From Craspedostauros australis (lineage: Eukaryota), in the NCBI GenBank assembly GCA_030167865.1, contig JALAGF010003322.1, positions 1 to 48,431 of the forward strand: a stretch of 48,431 bases of DNA, in the 5' to 3' direction. Made by a program: the position numbers and the translations under genes. Under the pieces are notes generated by a model that worked only from the letters and a program-made list of their open reading frames with translations, did not search any database and was not told the DNA's origin. Shown in pieces: positions 1 through 10,335 of the stretch. Within the stretch, counting starts at the first letter, position 1; every line of letters begins with the position of its first letter.

Positions 1-91
1 CCGCTCTCGCAGAAGGACCATTGTGATGGTGCGAGATGAGCGCGCATCTTCATGTACGCAATGATGCTACCGGCGGAGCAGTGTCTGCATC

Positions 92-1189
92 TCACCAACC
101 TCCATCGACCTTGATGATGACACGACCCTTCTTTCCATTCTCCATCTGACGTGCCATCGCCTCGTCCACGTCCTTTGCCATGAACTCCGAGTCGATGTCG
201 ATCTTCAAGATACCATCTTGCATCAACTCAAGAATGTGTTCGAGGTTCTCCTTCTTGGAGTTGCAGGCCACCCAACGGAAGGTCTGCGAGGAAATCAGAG
301 ACGCCAACCAGCTTGTCAGCATGTACTCGAAGGTGGGTATGGTCTGGACGAAGGCGCCAGTCTTTGGCTTGAGGAGGCTGCGGACGGACCAAGACCAGAA
401 GCTGTTCTGCGTTGGAGTATCGAACAGGATATCGATCTTGTGCTTCATTCCCAAGGTGCGCTCGATGTACTTGAGCGGATTAGAGTGCTCCTTGCGATCC
501 ACGACCACGTCGGCTCCGAATGCGCGCACGCGCTTCACATCTCTGGTGCTGCAGATGGCAATCACTTGTGCTGCGCCGAGGCCCTTTGCGATGCCCACAG
601 CAGCGCTTCCCACGCCGCCGCCGGCACCAACGATGAGAACCGTCTTGCCCTTCGCCATGCCTCCGAGGTCGACCAAGGACTGGTATGCGGTGATGGCCTC
701 AGTGCTGGCCGCTGAAGCCACCTTGGGCTCGATCTTCTGCTGAGCACCACCAGCCGAGGACTTTGGCTGCAGCTTGGCGCAATCGTTGGAGCTCACAACG
801 ATGTACTCAGCGAGTGCTCCTTGCTTCTGTGTTGGCTCATACTGCAAGTGACCGAACACGGTGTCGCCTACTTTGAGGGTAGTGGACTTGGTGGTATCGC
901 CATCAGTCTCACTCTCAGACTTAGGTGCAGCGGTGCTGACGTCTGCGACGATGCCGGCGTAGTGATACCCGATCAGCAAGGGGTCAGCCTTCAAGTCATG
1001 GACGAAACCTCCCACTATGGTTTGTTCGCAAATGTCAGGTGTCGCGGTATCCAATGCCGAGTACAGCACCTTGACGAGGACATTGCCATCCTTCACGTTG
1101 GAATCCTCGAGGCTGGGCTTGGGGATCTCGATCTGTTGCATCTTCTTTGCCTTGCGGTTGAATTCGATAGCTTTCATCATAATACTCAT
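92..1189 (-). CDS. Medium-chain dehydrogenase/reductase, zinc-independent quinone oxidoreductase / RTN4IP1-like
   Basis: GroES-like N-terminus (VLVKVLYSALD, LIGYHYAGIV, LKVGDTVFG, GALAEYIVV), Rossmann motif VLIVGAGGGVGSAAVGIAK, C-terminal GKKGRVII. Start placed at MSIMMK (ATG 1189), after a (GTT)n-type leader; the ORF is open to 1360. Confidence 0.85.
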   Translation of the reverse strand: MSIMMKAIEFNRKAKKMQQIEIPKPSLEDSNVKDGNVLVKVLYSALDTATPDICEQTIVGGFVHDLKADPLLIGYHYAGIVADVSTAAPKSESETDGDTTKSTTLKVGDTVFGHLQYEPTQKQGALAEYIVVSSNDCAKLQPKSSAGGAQQKIEPKVASAASTEAITAYQSLVDLGGMAKGKTVLIVGAGGGVGSAAVGIAKGLGAAQVIAICSTRDVKRVRAFGADVVVDRKEHSNPLKYIERTLGMKHKIDILFDTPTQNSFWSWSVRSLLKPKTGAFVQTIPTFEYMLTSWLASLISSQTFRWVACNSKKENLEHILELMQDGILKIDIDSEFMAKDVDEAMARQMENGKKGRVIIKVDGGW

Positions 1190-1223
1190 TGTTGTCGTTG
1201 TTGTTGTTGTTGTCGTCGTCGTC
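1190..1223. repeat. (GTT/GTC)n trinucleotide microsatellite
   Basis: tgttgtcgttgttgttgttgttgtcgtcgtcgtc just upstream of the MDR gene start. Confidence 0.7.
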
Positions 1224-3241
1224 GGTGTTGCTTTTGATTTTAATTGTTGTTGGTCTTGTTGTTTGCTTGATTGCAGTTGTTTGGAATTGGCTTTTATGAG
1301 AAGAAGGAGGAGGAAGTGGAGGTGGTCGAGAAGGAAGTCGGCGTAGAGGAAGTGGAGCACATGTCTCTACTCGCAGCGTGTCTTGGGATCCTCGACACAA
1401 AGTCGATCGAAATGACATGAGTTGATGTGAGTTGAGCTGGGTCGGCCTGGGTGGAGTTCTCATGTCGTAGGATACTCCTCAGGAATTGCTTCCATTGACG
1501 AACAAAAACGACGCCATTCGCAACGAACGTAGTGGAGCAACCGATGAGAACAAAAATGAACAAATTAGAGAGAATCCACGCTTACAAATTCAAGGATTGT
1601 GCAGACGTGTTGCGCGTGAATCGTGTTGCCGCATGGGTGACATCAGCGCACAAATGATACCGCGATGGCGCAACCTGCTGATGAGTGCCAATCGGATACG
1701 CCGACGTTGCTGGAAAGAGTTCTCGTATGCCTGCATGCATGATGCACACATGCATTCGTCGGAGCACGAGGAAAGGAGAGATTTGGATTCTTCTTCTCCT
1801 CCGGAGCGAAGTGACAAACTAAGATCTGGCATGCGAGAGCAATGAGGAAGAGCGTGACGTTTTGAAGTTTGACAAGAATGGTCTGAACTCACAAACAGAC
1901 AAGACTAGTAGACATACATATCTTCAAACAGACATGCGGCTACCAAAATGGAAACATACACATCTCGACATAGAATGAAACGAGAGTAGAATTGGAATGA
2001 GGACGCACACAGAAACGCACACAACAGACCCAGATCTCCGTCGCACCAATGCATTGATGAGGCATTCTGGAGAGAACTACGCTGGTGACAACTCTTGACA
2101 CGCCAGTATCTTGCAATCGCGACCGCATTGCTTTCGAAGGCCTTGATGCCACCGTGCACCATTGGCGTTTATTCGGATAGAGTTGTTCCACACTATTTTG
2201 CATCAGAAAACGAATGTCGACATCTGCACATGATGCGGCCATCCATCTGCCAGTATGATACAAGCTGCCATCTTCTAAAACGAGCTTTGCCAAAGCGTAG
2301 TCTTTGTGAGTAATTAGATGTGGAGTAGAAAGTTACCAGCTCGTGGGCACATGACGATGTGGCGATTTGCCACGCCACATCAGCTCGTAGTCCCAACCCG
2401 GACTCGCCCCAAGTCGATACCAATGGTCTCAAGAGATGATACCTGGCCCGAACTCGCCAGCTTTGCGCTTCCTCCACCTTGTTGCATTCCAACCTGGGGC
2501 ATGCCCCGAAGTGAATAGCATGCCACTGGCTGGGTGGGACGTTGAACAGCACATGCTCGTTCTCGTGCAGATATTGGGTGATCGAGAAGCAGAAGCACAG
2601 CGGTGTCACCTTGCCAACTCCCACGTTGTCCTCAATATTCGTGCACACTTTCTGCTTACCAATAGTAGCAACGCGAGTGCAGTCGTCCCATGGTCGGGCG
2701 GCGACATGAATTGTGAGATCGGTGTGAACTAACCTGGAGACGCGCGATGAGTTGTGTCGCCAGCCACAAGGGTGAATTGAAGTTGCGAAGAAGGGACTCG
2801 CGAATCCCGCTGCATGAAGCAAGGCTCTCACGGTGGGGAAAAGGCATGGAATTGAAGGGAAACTTAAGAATAGGCAGAGGGCACAAGGCCTTACATCGAT
2901 CGTGGTCTCTACTCTGCTGCGCAAGATGCAGCTGGAAGCGCGCCGTGTAACGTCTAAATAATCTCTATTAACGCTTGTGTCTCCTTGAAACAAGGCTGTC
3001 CCTCTTGTTGACTTGTTGCGAGACAAACGGAAGAGCAACGCGGACACAGAAATGGTGACGCAAACCTCTCTGTGTGCTGAACGACACGAAGCGTGCCGTG
3101 ATGGGCAGAACTTCACGCCAAAGATCATACTTGACGTCTCCCACCAACGACCAAGGAGGAAGCAATCGAACTTCTCCAAAACGTTGGCATCGTGCACCCC
3201 ACCACACTTGCAGTTGCAATGCAGGTGACGCAGAACTGGCA

Positions 3242-6200
3242 ATGGCACATTCAAATGAGGTGATCGACCTTCTGAGTGATGACGACAGCAGCAATGATGA
3301 CAACAATGATGGATGCGGCAATGACACAGTCGTAGAGAAGACGAGGAGTGCGACGGCTTTGGATGCTCCATCAGCGAGGCAAACGAAACGAAAGAAGCCC
3401 CGCATTCCCAAGGCAACGCAACCCTCACTACCGCCTGCGCCGGTGTCGCGTGCAAAACAGAGATGCGCCATCCCAAATCCTTACAAGAAACGGAAGCTCG
3501 CACCAAGCACAACACCAAAGCCATCTTCATTGTCGTTGTTGAACAAATCTTCCAAACCTGCGCGAGGAGCAAAATCAGCCTCCTCGTCATCCAAACCAAC
3601 CGAGCGCCTCGTCAATCAAAAGAAGAAGGGACTGCAAGGTGGAATAGTACTGCAGGAAGAGGTGGCGGATTGTACGAAAGATGATGCGCATTTTGCGACG
3701 TCTCCATCTGCCGTCCAAGTCTTCGTTGCGGAACAAGAGAAACGGAAGAAGGAGAATTTGATGCCGATGCTGTTCCATGACCCCGATTTCACAGCCACGC
3801 CGTCCTCCATCGATGGCATGCACAAGCAGGCAGGCGCTGGGAACCAAGCCAATCCCAAATGCCGATGCTCCAAACCATCCAAGCTGCATTACATCACGCG
3901 CGGACCAAACAAGGACAAGCCGTGCTACAAGTGCCCACAAAACAAATGCCGCTTCTTCCGATGGGCGTTTCGATCCGAAATGATGCATTGGTACCGATTC
4001 GGTCCGCATTCCAATCATCAGCTCGTGGTTCCCACGGGCTTCAGCGCCCAAGATCTGGTGCAAGGCAAGGTCGGCGATTGTTGGTTCCTTTCCGCGTTGG
4101 CCGTCATCGCGGAACGTCACGACTTGATTCTCAATTTGTTCCAAACCGACAAAGGCCTCGGCATCAATCACGAGCTTGGAGTGGTGCGCGTCAACCTTTT
4201 TGTAGATGGATACTGGAAGTCGATCGTCATGGACAACTTTCTGCCCTGCCTCATCGATGAGAAGGGCGAAGGCGAGCTGCAGAAGGCCATCCAAGCGAGC
4301 TTGACGAGCAGTTCGAAATCCACCGCACAATCGATCAAGCAGACACGCAGCACGATGACTCACAGGAAAGCCGGAGCCGATGCGAAAGGAAGACCGTCGC
4401 AGATATCATCTTCATCATCGAAGTTCGACCCATTTGCCATGTCCGATGACAATCGCAAGATCCTGATGGAGACGAAGGAATTTCTCGATTTCGATCGGGG
4501 AACGAAACGAATAAATGCATCATCATCGAGCAAGTCGTTATTTCCAAAATCATTGAATCGCGTGATCACATCCGGCGACCTTGCCTACTCCAAGGCGAAG
4601 CAACATCAGCTGTGGGTTCCATTCTTGGAGAAGGCCTACGCAAAGATCCATGGATCGTACCACGCCATTTCAGGTGGCCATATTGCCGAGGCGTTCCTCG
4701 ACCTCACGGGGGCTCCGACGATTCAGTCGCACCTCCTCAACGAACCGAACTTCTGCCCACGATCGTTCTGGAGTCAGCTGATGCACTGGCGCGAACAGGG
4801 GCTGCCGATGGGATGCGGAACGAACGGTTCTGCCGGAGGCATAGTTGGCATGCATGCGTACAGCATTCTGGACGTCAGAGAGGTGCGCAACGTCAAATGG
4901 GAATTCTTCCAACACCAGTTGCTGGAAGGAAGCCTGGGCAACGTGAGCGGCTTCACGGAGTTCGACGGCACGGTGCGCTTGCTTCGGATCCGCAACCCGC
5001 ACGGGCGCGGCGAATGGCAAGGCGATTTCTCAGATCGCAGCCAAATGTGGCATAAGCTGATTGCCAACTCGCGCGGTAATTTGGATGGTCTGGAGCGAAC
5101 AATGCAGAACGATGGAACGTTCTGGATGGACTACGACAAATTCCTCATGGGATTTAGCAACGTCGATGTCGTCCTCGCGTTCCGCGGTAACCATGCCAGG
5201 AGCTTTGGCTCCAATTTTCCTCCCAAGAAATCCAATCGACGATGCAGCCGCGCTTTCGAGGTGCGGCTGCTGGATCCGCAGCCCGGCGTTCCCAACCACG
5301 ATACAGTCGAGCTGTACGTCATGGGCATCCAAAAGAGCAGAAGAGGCGCGTCGCACGGTCGAACGGATCGCAAGAAGTCGTACAAGGTATGCGATATGGG
5401 GGTGCTGGTCGGCTTCCATTCTGCGTCATCGCCATCGCCATTATCATCAGACCATTCCAAGATTGACGATCCGTCCGCAACCTCGGAGGAAGACTTTCAA
5501 TTTGAAAGAGTGGAAGGAGAGATGTTTGGATTCCGTCGCAATGGCCACCACAGATTGGTGCTGCGACGGTCCGAATGTGATCGGTTGGTCGTCATGCCAA
5601 TTTCCTTCGGACACCCAGCGGCCACCGATAAGGAGCTTTCCTTCGTTGTCCGATTTGTTTCCGATGCGCCTGTCCTCATTCGAGAATTGCCGCAGGTTCC
5701 GCCAATCCATTACGTCATCAAGCAGTATCTGTTGCAGGCGAGCCTTCATTCTCCGTTTCCGTCACGGCCCAAGCAACAGACACTGATGGAAAGCAACGAT
5801 GCGATGTACCGAGTTACCGTGACGAATTGCTTGAAGAATCGAGGCGGGGTAGTCTTTATTTATTTGCTTGTCAATGATTCGAACAGGGCGCCCCAGCCCA
5901 ATAAGTCGAAGCAACAACGACGGAAGCGCCAACCTCATCGAGTTTCGACAATGGCAGATCTCGGACGTGCTCACAACAACAACCATAACAACACCAGCGA
6001 AGAAGGAGATCAAGATAATGACGGTGACGACGGCGTCTCCTTCTCCATCGAATTGACTTGTCGCGGCATGTCTTGCCGAACGCGCGATGGGCCACTCGCA
6101 CATGAGACCGTTGCGAAGGGCGTAAAGTTCCAAGCCTCATGGAGGCGGTTCCAATGCGATTTCCAGCATGAGGCGAAGTCGAGGCTGCTCCTGGTGCTGT

Positions 6201-6916
6201 ACCAATCCGGGCAGGATACCGAGATGGGCCACATCACGTGCGTTCCCAGCCGCACCTGCGGCTCAGGCAACAATCAAACAAGGCATCCACAACAACAAGT
6301 GCTAAAACAACAAAAGTTGGGCGCAGCCACCACGACACTATCAAGATGGCAGAAAGGAGACACCGGTTACAGCGACAGCGATGGAAAGCCTGGTTGGGAT
6401 TACGAAAATGCCGGCATCTTCCATCCCGTCAACATGACTGCGTCCGAATGGTGGAACGGAAACTCAACGAATCGTTCACAACGAAAGACTCTCTCGCAGG
6501 AACTCGCGACCATCAATCGAGGAATGCAAACCGACGAAGGCGATGATGATGTCGAACTGCAGATGGCGCTGGCGCTGTCACGCAACGAATCATCGTGCAA
6601 CAGCCCGGTTGCTCGAATGCCGTTGCTGGATGATGATCTTGTGCTGCAGCAGGCCATCGAGAATTCCAAGAACGAAGCTGATCATGCTGTGACGATCGAG
6701 GAAGATGATCTGGCGAAAGCCATCCGACTTTCGTTGCAAGCTGGTAGCAGCAAGCAGATATCTTCGAAGGAGGTAAGGGACACGGACGATGTCGAGCTGG
6801 TGGATGCGACATCGACAACGGAGACAAGGAAGAAACCGGCGAGCGAAAATCGCAACCGACGCAAGTTGGCAGCCGAAGCTGCGATGAAACGCGCAAAACG
6901 ATTCGCCCGAAGATGA
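3242..6916 (+). CDS. Calpain-family cysteine protease with GRF zinc finger, 3 UIMs, SIM and C-terminal VIM
   Basis: Catalytic triad motifs QGKVGDCWFLS (Cys 4079), HAYSILD (His 4853), RIRNPHG (Asn 4994), plus LEKAYAKIHGSY and DGTFWM. GRF finger CRC..GPNKDKPCYKCPQNKCRFFRW. UIM-like DDVELQMALALS, DDLVLQQAIENS, EDDLAKAIRLSL. ATG start 3242 chosen. Confidence 0.9.
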   Translation: MAHSNEVIDLLSDDDSSNDDNNDGCGNDTVVEKTRSATALDAPSARQTKRKKPRIPKATQPSLPPAPVSRAKQRCAIPNPYKKRKLAPSTTPKPSSLSLLNKSSKPARGAKSASSSSKPTERLVNQKKKGLQGGIVLQEEVADCTKDDAHFATSPSAVQVFVAEQEKRKKENLMPMLFHDPDFTATPSSIDGMHKQAGAGNQANPKCRCSKPSKLHYITRGPNKDKPCYKCPQNKCRFFRWAFRSEMMHWYRFGPHSNHQLVVPTGFSAQDLVQGKVGDCWFLSALAVIAERHDLILNLFQTDKGLGINHELGVVRVNLFVDGYWKSIVMDNFLPCLIDEKGEGELQKAIQASLTSSSKSTAQSIKQTRSTMTHRKAGADAKGRPSQISSSSSKFDPFAMSDDNRKILMETKEFLDFDRGTKRINASSSSKSLFPKSLNRVITSGDLAYSKAKQHQLWVPFLEKAYAKIHGSYHAISGGHIAEAFLDLTGAPTIQSHLLNEPNFCPRSFWSQLMHWREQGLPMGCGTNGSAGGIVGMHAYSILDVREVRNVKWEFFQHQLLEGSLGNVSGFTEFDGTVRLLRIRNPHGRGEWQGDFSDRSQMWHKLIANSRGNLDGLERTMQNDGTFWMDYDKFLMGFSNVDVVLAFRGNHARSFGSNFPPKKSNRRCSRAFEVRLLDPQPGVPNHDTVELYVMGIQKSRRGASHGRTDRKKSYKVCDMGVLVGFHSASSPSPLSSDHSKIDDPSATSEEDFQFERVEGEMFGFRRNGHHRLVLRRSECDRLVVMPISFGHPAATDKELSFVVRFVSDAPVLIRELPQVPPIHYVIKQYLLQASLHSPFPSRPKQQTLMESNDAMYRVTVTNCLKNRGGVVFIYLLVNDSNRAPQPNKSKQQRRKRQPHRVSTMADLGRAHNNNHNNTSEEGDQDNDGDDGVSFSIELTCRGMSCRTRDGPLAHETVAKGVKFQASWRRFQCDFQHEAKSRLLLVLYQSGQDTEMGHITCVPSRTCGSGNNQTRHPQQQVLKQQKLGAATTTLSRWQKGDTGYSDSDGKPGWDYENAGIFHPVNMTASEWWNGNSTNRSQRKTLSQELATINRGMQTDEGDDDVELQMALALSRNESSCNSPVARMPLLDDDLVLQQAIENSKNEADHAVTIEEDDLAKAIRLSLQAGSSKQISSKEVRDTDDVELVDATSTTETRKKPASENRNRRKLAAEAAMKRAKRFARR

Positions 6917-6997
6917 ATCGCAATGTGGACTTGCGCAGCAAAGCAACGGGATTCGAGTGTAGTGCAGTGCTTTCCTAACATACAAGTGTGCTCTCTG

Positions 6998-7012
6998 GAG
7001 AGAGAGAGAGAG
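6998..7012. repeat. (GA)n microsatellite between the convergent calpain and GLO2 3' ends
   Basis: gagagagagagagag. Confidence 0.7.
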
Positions 7013-7061
7013 CAGATGGCTACGCTAAACTAAGCGATATCTACAACGATGACACGAAACT

Positions 7062-8265
7062 TCAGAAGTTGTCCTTGGCCTTTCGCACCTTACCGAAGGC
7101 CTGCTCCTCGGTGTCACCATCCACAACACCGACGTTGGAACGAATCTCAGCACTGGTGTCACATCGCAAGAATGGGTTGGCCTTCTTTTCATCGACGAGC
7201 AAGCTCGGCACCGTTGGCTTTCCATTTGCTCGCAAGTCCTTGTACTTGGCAACCTGTGCCTGCAGGTCTGGATTGTTGGGTTCGACGCTCATGGCGAACT
7301 TGGCATTGGACTCGGTGTATTCGTGGGCGCTGATGGAATCAATGACAAAGGGCAAAATAATCGTGAAGTGGAAGTGAAGGGTAGGGACAATGAAACGAAA
7401 GATGAGAGATGAAAAAGCAGCACGTATCACGAAATAGAATATAATGGTATCAGGTTGATCCGCGGGTAGCACCAATCCCAGGATGCAAATAGAAACGTCG
7501 ACACGACCATCCCAATGGACGCATAACGCACCAATACACCTTCGTCTCGTCGGGCAGATCGCGCAACCGCTTGAGACTGCCCCAGAACTGATCCGGTGTG
7601 CCTTCGAACATGCGGCCGCATCCCAGAACGAAGAGGGCGTCACCAACGAAGGCGCTGTCTTCGGTATCAAAGTAGAACGCCACATGGCCCTTCGTGTGAC
7701 CACCCACATCAATGACGGACGCCGTCTTGCCACCGAACTCCACGGTGTCGCCCTGTCCGACCGAGACGTCGATGCCGGGGATGCGTGTCTTCTCGTTGAC
7801 GGGCCCGACGATGGTGACGTCCTTCGATTTGAGGGCCAGGTTGCCGCCCGTGTGATCACCGTGATGGTGAGTGTTGAGGATGTGCGTGAGCTGCCATCCT
7901 CGCTTGTCCAATTCCGATTTGTAGGTCTTGGCGCAGGGCGTGTCGACGGCCGCCGTTTGCTTCGTGATGGGATCGTGCACCAAGTAGCCGTAGTTGTCAT
8001 TCAAGCAGGGGAACTGCGCCACGACGAACGGCGTTGTGGATGTTTCGCCGGACATGTTGCTGCTTGTGCCTGTGCTTGTGTTTTTGGCAGTGCTTGTGTC
8101 TGTGGAAGTGGAGAAATGAAGATGCGGAGCCGCGCAGGTTCGGTGGGAAGTTGGGACGAACGCGTTGCAGTACGAAGAGGTCGACGTCAGCGTGAGGAAG
8201 GAGAGCGCTGCTGTGGTGGTGGAACGGAAGAGGCGCTTGCTGCTCCTCTGCATCGCAATGTTCAT
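7062..8265 (-). CDS. GLO2: Hydroxyacylglutathione hydrolase (glyoxalase II), probably plastid-targeted; 2 exons (8265-7532, 7329-7062)
   Basis: DNYGYLVHD, THHHGDHTGGN, GHTKGH, GDALFVLGCGR, then VYC|AHEYT..EKKANPFLR. The GT-AG intron 7531-7330 restores the frame (333 aa). Presequence YCNA-FVP. Confidence 0.93.
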
Positions 8266-8719
8266 GGCTCTGCAAATGGATACACGCACGAACTGTTGGG
8301 AGGATCGTGGATTATGGGATGGTGTCAGCACAACGTCGAAAGCGAATGCGGTTGCTCCGACCAAATCCGAGTCTTCATGACATCTCTGTGTATGTGGATT
8401 GACGCAGATCTTCCTGCCTTGTCGATGCATCCCACGATGGCAGGAGAAAGAATGATGACGAGGCTTCGATGATCCTGTTTGTCTTTCTGTGCTGCGTTTT
8501 TGCCTGTGCAGTTTTGGAGGCAAGATCGTGGCCATTCTCGAATCACGAGGTCCATTGACAACGAAAGAGACCTCGTGAATCAAAACAACTCTCTACATTA
8601 CGAACAATAGCCTGCTCGTTACGTTCCACTGCACCATTGCGACTGCACATCTTCGCTGACTCTGCTCTATTCGCCCACGCATAACCCACAGAATGGTCAG
8701 CTGACGGTATGTTAACCAG

Positions 8720-9601
8720 CTACCTATCCCAAGCACCCCCCTTGAGCCTGGCTTCGATGGCATCGATACGCTCCTGAAACCGGTCCTCCTTCTGCGTCCA
8801 CGTCGCCACGTCCATCTTGCCATCGGCGAGCTGGTTGGCGAGATCGGCGCGCAGATACTTGAGCACCACGACCGTCTTGGAGTCGATCGCCTTCGCATCA
8901 AACGACACGCCGTTCTCCGCATCCACCGCGCTGTCCGCAAACCGATACAAGATGCTCGTCGCCGTGACGGGTTCCTCGCCAAAGATGTCGTCATCGCCTT
9001 GCGATCGCTCCGAGATTGTGTAGATCGACACGAAGAGTCCCGGCGCGATGCGGAAGATGGCGAACTTCAATTCATGCTCGTAGGCTCCGCGCGAGACCTC
9101 GATGCGCGCGTTGATGGCGTCCGTGTAACACGCGATGGCCGTGTCGTCAGTGCGCACTTCGATATCGTGCAACGCGGCGCGCACGGCCGTCTCGATCTTG
9201 TCCAACGTGAATTCGCTCGTGTACTCGACGAGGGTGTGCGTGCCTTCGACGAGGACGTTGGCGTCGAGGATGCCGGCGCTGGCGAAGATTTCGTTCTTGG
9301 TGGCGTCCAGTTTGGTCCAGCCTTCGGCGGCGTGTTGGGACAGGTCGGCTTCGAGCTGATCGAGCTTGGCCTTGGCGGCTTCTGGCGACGTCGTCACGAT
9401 GGTCTCCACGCGATCCGACATGCAGTAGCCGAGTTTGGGAAGATTCTTGCGGTTGATGCCGACATTGACGTTCGCACCAACATGATGAACGGGAGCAATG
9501 ACGAACGCAGCTGAGCGATCCAGACACAAGCAGAGCGCAGATACCATCACCACAAGGTTGCAAACGCTGGCTTCGTTGCGACAGAATGCAAGCGTCTTCA
9601 T
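8720..9601 (-). CDS. Hypothetical protein with signal peptide plus possible plastid transit peptide
   Basis: Open ORF of about 293 aa with strong GC3 codon bias and a hydrophobic N-terminus ending SAA-FVIAP; no recognisable domain. Confidence 0.65.
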   Translation of the reverse strand: MKTLAFCRNEASVCNLVVMVSALCLCLDRSAAFVIAPVHHVGANVNVGINRKNLPKLGYCMSDRVETIVTTSPEAAKAKLDQLEADLSQHAAEGWTKLDATKNEIFASAGILDANVLVEGTHTLVEYTSEFTLDKIETAVRAALHDIEVRTDDTAIACYTDAINARIEVSRGAYEHELKFAIFRIAPGLFVSIYTISERSQGDDDIFGEEPVTATSILYRFADSAVDAENGVSFDAKAIDSKTVVVLKYLRADLANQLADGKMDVATWTQKEDRFQERIDAIEARLKGGAWDR

Positions 9602-10335
9602 CTTCACCGTGCGTAGTCTCTGATGTCGGTTGGAGAGATGGCAACTTTGAGAGATTTCAGCTGCGCACGAGAGACAGACAAGATGCCGACTGAGATGATG
9701 GGTGTAGTCGTACGTATGGTGGATGGCCAAGGGGGGAGAGCAACAGGAAGATCGAGGTTTGTTTGGTCGGAGATGTCACGGTGATGGCTCACGACACGGT
9801 TCGATCGTGTGAGTGGACAAGAATGTCAATGTGGATGAAGGCGTATCGACTCACTCGAGTAACGTGCACCAACACCACTCTCTAGACTGGATTCGCATTC
9901 TAACATGGCGGTTCACGTGAGAAGAAAGCACCGAGAACGAAAAAGACACGAAGAAGCGTGCAATCTTTTGGGGAACTCGCACACACAAATGCTCACGAAG
10001 CACCAACGATCTGTTCCTTGATCTCCCACCACAACCACAACGACCACAAAAACCAAGGGAGAGACTAATAGGCAGGAAGGATCATCATTCCTTCTCAGCT
10101 CCACTCTTGGTCGGACTCCACCATACTCTGCATCAACTCTGTTCCTCAGTTGTGACGATAATTGAACAAATACGCACACGGCGATCTCGGTGTTGGCAGC
10201 GTGTTTTGGGACAAAGAAGCACTACACAACCACCAAAGGAACCACAAAAGGAACGACGAAAGCAAAAGCGAAGAAGTCATAGCAACAGCTGGGACCTTCT
10301 TGGAGGATCCAGAGCAACCTTGAAGCCAAAAGACG

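Noticed and set aside
2193-3599. 468-aa minus-strand ORF
   Set aside because: Partly antisense to the calpain, GTG start, no recognisable motif or coding-like composition.
6290-6355. Possible PCNA-interacting (PIP) box in the calpain (KQQKLG..TTTLSRWQ)
   Set aside because: Does not fit Q-x-x-L-x-x-F-F well enough to claim.
7483-8472. 329-aa plus-strand ORF
   Set aside because: Antisense shadow of glyoxalase II caused by GC-rich codon usage.
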